Of a DNA stretch of 64,000 nucleotides, positions 60,064 through 64,000 are shown piece by piece. The notes beneath the pieces are model-generated. The model saw only the letters and a list, made by a program, of their open reading frames with translations. It searched no databases and was not told the origin of the DNA. Positions within the stretch are counted from its first letter, which is position 1, and each line of letters opens with the position of its first letter. Source of the stretch: Amoebophrya sp. A120 (lineage: Eukaryota > Protista > Dinoflagellata); the NCBI GenBank assembly GCA_905178155.1, contig CAJINV010000005.1, positions 1,862,054 to 1,926,053 of the forward strand, written 5' to 3'. The position numbers were made by a program, and so were the translations under genes.

Positions 60064-62942
60064 TCAGCGTCGCAGCCGTGTCGAAAACGTAGCCCCCTCT
60101 CCGAAGTTCTGCGAAGCTGGCCACCATGCCGTCATCAACGCTCGCATCTGCCATGAGTGTGAGTCGATTTTTGCAGATTATGTTTATTTTTCCCAGACCC
60201 AGTGGAAGATTTTTATTTTTTCAGCTCAAACTACAAGTCGCATATTTTTGATTGATATACATGACTTAGTGCGTCACTTGGACGATAAAGTAGGTATTCA
60301 TTGCTGTTCACGAACATCGTTTACAAATTAAGTACAACTAGATGTATAAAAATACCTTCCTCCGACTTGTTCTTGTTTTTTTGGTCGACCACCCGCACCA
60401 GCTGCGACAGCGGGGCGAACACGATGTCGTACGGCAACACAAACTGCAGCGAGACAATCCCGCTGTTCCGGAGGTTTGCCCACTTCGTGCCCAGGGAGAA
60501 ATCCACGATCGGCACCCGCTGCCGCTTCTTGGCCCAGTGCTCGAAGGTCGTTTCGTTGCGCGAGGCGAGGTGGAGGTGGAAGCCGAAGAAGAAAATGAGG
60601 AGGACCGACAAGAAGGCCAAGACGGTCTGCGTGGTGATCGCGAAAAACGGCGCGTAGCCCTCGGTCAGGTACGGGATCACGACCAGTTCGTTCAGCAGTA
60701 AACACGCAATCGCCAGTATGCAAGCAAAAAACTGTGTGAGTGCACTAAGTTTGTGATGCAGAAAACGCAAAAGAGTTGTTTTACACTTGTCATGCCAGTA
60801 AACAACCACGAAGTCCTCTTTTCATGCGTGTTTCTGTTTTCACGTGCTAGCTGTGCATTGCAGGCCACTTTCTCTCTCATGCAGAAAAAATTTGTCGTGC
60901 TGTCAGCCCAAAAAAGCTAGTACACTCACACAGTTTTTTTCCTGGATACCCAGCGTGTTCATCAGACAGTCCGCGGCCCGGACGTACCAGGGAATCGCGG
61001 GTCGTGCCAGCCGGAAGACGGTGAGGCCAAAAACGAGGGAGCAAAAAATCGGAATCGTGGCCGCGAAAATTACCTTCAGCGCAACCGCAATGTTGCCCCC
61101 GTAGTACCGCAGGAAAAAGTGTTTGATCCAGCGGGAGGACACCGCGTCAAACATGACGCACGACATGCTGGCGAGAAGCAGGGACGAAATAGCGAGCAGT
61201 CGGACAAAAGGCACGTAGTTGTAGTATCCAATGGTCTGGAGCAGAAACGGGCACCAGTGGTCCAGCTTCAAAACGCACCGACCGGTCATCTGTTTTATTC
61301 GGTTTGCACAATTTGATTTTATTAATTCCGTGGGCCGGATTTCCTTCCCAGGGGAACAGCTTTTGTTCATCGCATGGCGGGAACGCAAAACGACATCATG
61401 TGGAGAAACGAAAAAGAATTTGTACATCAAAAACCCAAGGAGGTAAAATTGTAAAAATTTATGGTTATTCACTTAAGTAGTACCCTGCAGTGCTGGGCCC
61501 GGTCTGGCTTGAAGCCCTGGCAGTGGATGCAGCCCCGGAGGCGGTTGTCCGTGGTTCGCTGGAGCATCCAGTCGCTCAACTGGTCAACGTCGTACTGGAA
61601 ACCCCACTTATAAGAGTGCACAACCCCCCCCCCCCTCGTCCCCCTCATTTGACACAGGTGTAATTTTTAAAAGCACTAGAAACACCAGCGCATGACGATG
61701 ACAGGCTCTTACTTCTTCTAGGCCGGGTGTATAAAGTGCTACTGTTCCTCAGGCTACTTGTTCCGAAATTTGGAATGCTGCAGACTGTGCCAAACATAGG
61801 GCAGCAGCTCCAGCTGTTGCTGTTTTTCGTATTTGCCTGACAAATAAGAAGAAAAAGGGCGGCGAGCTGTGCACTGTCATAACACGTGTACGGGATATAG
61901 TTTTTCTTCTCCAGCCCGCCGAAGATTAGGGAAAAGAGCTGCGCGAGAAACAGGGTGAGAAGCCCCTTGTACAGGTACCAAGTGCGCTCGTACCGGGGGT
62001 CATAGGAAATAACTAAATTGCTGAAGAAGTAGTGCAGCAACGCGATGGTGACACTCAGGGACACGATCGGCACGCGATGGCAAACTGAGTTTTTGAAAAG
62101 ATTTTTCTCTATCAATTTCGATCAACTTATGTTCTTCAGGTACAACAGGTTCTTCATTTTTCCGAGTGTAATTGTAAAACGCGAAGAACCTCTTATGTAT
62201 TTCATTCAACAAGAAAATCAAAACTATGCGGACTCGGACTCCTCCCTGTTCTTGAGAGGATATATACAGATCAGTATTTACAATTACAGTCACACCTCCC
62301 TTGCAGTTTCCATCAAATCACGTTGACAAGAAATTCTTTACCTTCATCCCCCCAGGTCTTTGGTCTCGCTCCGGCGGACTGTGTGGAATACTGGCTGCTC
62401 AGCTGGTCCGCTGCGGTCGTGCTGCCGTTCCCCGTTTCTTCGGCCGAGGAGGCCGACGAGGCGGAGGAAGAGGCGGAGGTTGGCACCTCCGTCGTCCGCC
62501 CGGAAATCGTCCCATTCTTTTTTGTCGAAAACAAACCTCCGCGATTCACGTCGCTGTTCTCTTCACTACTCGCATCATCTTCCTCCGAAGAGGAATCCAC
62601 TTCCGAGTCCGTCTCCACGTGCTGCGCGGACCCGAGGTCCTCCTCCTCGGATCGATCTTCTTCGGAACTAAGGTCGTCGTTGTCCCCGTGATATTCATGC
62701 TCCGCGATCGGCGACCGCTTCTCCAGCGGCGTGTCCGGCTTCATCTTCATCAAGGGCTGCTGCTGGTGTGCGGCCTGTGTGGGGACAGGTGCTGAGGAAG
62801 AATGAAGATCTTCCGCCTGTGCAAGCACAGATGTTCCCTCTGTAGTGCCTTCTTCCCATTGCTCACTCGGGGGGGCGGCAGAAGAACCTGCGCCGGTTTT
62901 CTTCTTACCCTTACCTTTACCTCCGCGATTGTTCCGACCCAT
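60064..62942 (-). CDS. DHHC-family palmitoyltransferase (DHWC variant); 3' end tentative
   Basis: Exon 61484-61608 GCIHCQGFKPDRAQHCR is spliced by GT-AG intron 61290-61483 to MTGRCVLKLDHWCPFLLQTIGYYNY. TM helices, then the NETTFE (TTxE) motif; acidic N-terminus at 62313-62942. Confidence 0.88.
60717..60948. mobile_element. Introner family D
   Basis: AAAAAACTGTGTGAGTG TIR; DR GCCAG/CCCAG. Confidence 0.88.
61609..61881. mobile_element. Introner family J (diverged)
   Basis: TATAAGAGTGCACA / TGTGCACTGTCATA; removing the element plus 5 nt joins YIPYT to GFQYD in frame. Confidence 0.7.
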
Positions 62943-63789
62943 GATCTGATGGTCAAGGTACGACGAAGCTTGAAAGAAGTAAAATTGTTGTTTCTTTGTG
63001 ATAGACTTTTAGACGGTGATTGTTCTTGTTGTGTTATAGAGCGGGAAGGTGCAGGAGCCAGGTAGTATTTCTTCACCAACTAAATTTAACTGCTGGATAG
63101 AAGCAAAAATTAAAATCTTTTGAACTTAATTCTTTTATTAAACACGAAGAGTGTCCCGGCTTCGATGAAACCTTTGCTTCTACTGAAGCACCTCCATGGC
63201 GACCCGCCCTCAAGAACCGATATAATTAACGAGTTCAGTTTGATGCACGACGGACGAGCTTTTTTCGAACGATTTTCTTGAAACTTATGTGGACGACTTT
63301 TCGTATTCCGACCTCCCGCGAGACCAAAATAAGAATTCTTGCACGAATACGAAAGCACGAAAAAACCGACAGTATTTTTTCAGTTTTGAAGCTGCTTTAC
63401 GTTGCTTGTTGTCTCTGTATGACTAGGACCGAAACATCAAATAGAAGGAGCGACAATGCGAGGACGGGAAGGAATTTTATTTCTATTTGTATTTTGCAAC
63501 AGCACGTCTATGTTTCTGCTTCCGCAAGTCTTGCTTTCACACATAAGCGAAAAGTTGTACGAACCGATGAAGAGGCGAATGATGAGAAGCAGAAGAACAA
63601 AGACTACTGCTGTAGTTCCTCCGACACTCTGTTTCTACGATGACGGTAAAGCAGTGCAGTCAGCAGCTTGAAGAAGGTCCTCTGTTGTTTTTATTTAAGA
63701 CAGGACTTTTGATGATTCTTTCATTTTACACGAGGTTTTTTCAATTATTTTCTCGGAAGCAGTTCCTGACTTATCGATACTAACTCATT

Positions 63790-63873
63790 TCAATCGGATT
63801 CATCTTCATCACGTTCATCGACCGGCTCGCGATCATCCTTATCGCGGGGAAACAATTGGTGTGGACGAGGACG
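63790..63873 (-). CDS. Probable last exon of a gene extending beyond the window
   Basis: RPRPHQLFPRDKDDREPVDERDEDESD* abuts an introner end. Confidence 0.35.
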   Translation of the reverse strand, partial: RPRPHQLFPRDKDDREPVDERDEDESD

Positions 63874-64000
63874 TATCCACTGCAAACGTGTCTGGGTCTC
63901 CTGGAAGAGTGCCCCTGTTTGTCTGGGTCTGGATGTATGCCCCCGCATCATCACAGATCATTTTCTGAATGGTTCTTGATGCCTAGTATCCCACAACATG
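63874..64000. mobile_element. Introner family A, truncated by window end
   Basis: TATCCACTGCAAACGTGTCTGGGTCT..GGAAG. Confidence 0.7.

Noticed and set aside
61485-61610. GC-rich stretch with GGTTCG resembling a tRNA/structured RNA
   Set aside because: The minus strand encodes the DHHC cysteine-rich exon.

Overview
Eukaryotic, intron-rich genomic DNA. The architecture matches a syndinian/dinoflagellate-like alveolate such as Amoebophrya; this is an inference from the intron type, not a database match. About ten protein-coding genes lie on the minus strand: a possible glycosyltransferase, a low-complexity/Zn-finger protein, an EEP-family hydrolase, a GH5 glycoside hydrolase, a large coiled-coil protein, a type I membrane protein, an MLO-like 7TM protein, a W-D-Y/F-C module protein, small hypotheticals and a DHHC palmitoyltransferase. 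Their exons are split by about 39 complete 150-330 bp non-canonical 'introner' elements from about 9 families (my labels A-J). These have TAT...ATA termini, terminal inverted repeats (TIRs) and 5-bp flanking direct repeats (DRs), and carry a repeated internal TTGTNATGC motif. At every junction I checked, removing the element plus one repeat copy restores the reading frame, and none gave a GT-AG pair. Ordinary GT-AG introns coexist with them. The most unusual signal is four kb-scale intragenic insertions, each bracketed by a 30-44 bp duplication of host exon sequence. One of them carries an opposite-strand fragment of a CNNM-type gene inside the GH5 gene, which also has a single in-frame TAG. 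A hairpin-repeat array and clustered 53-64 nt micro-exons between introners are also noted. Gene ends are approximate.
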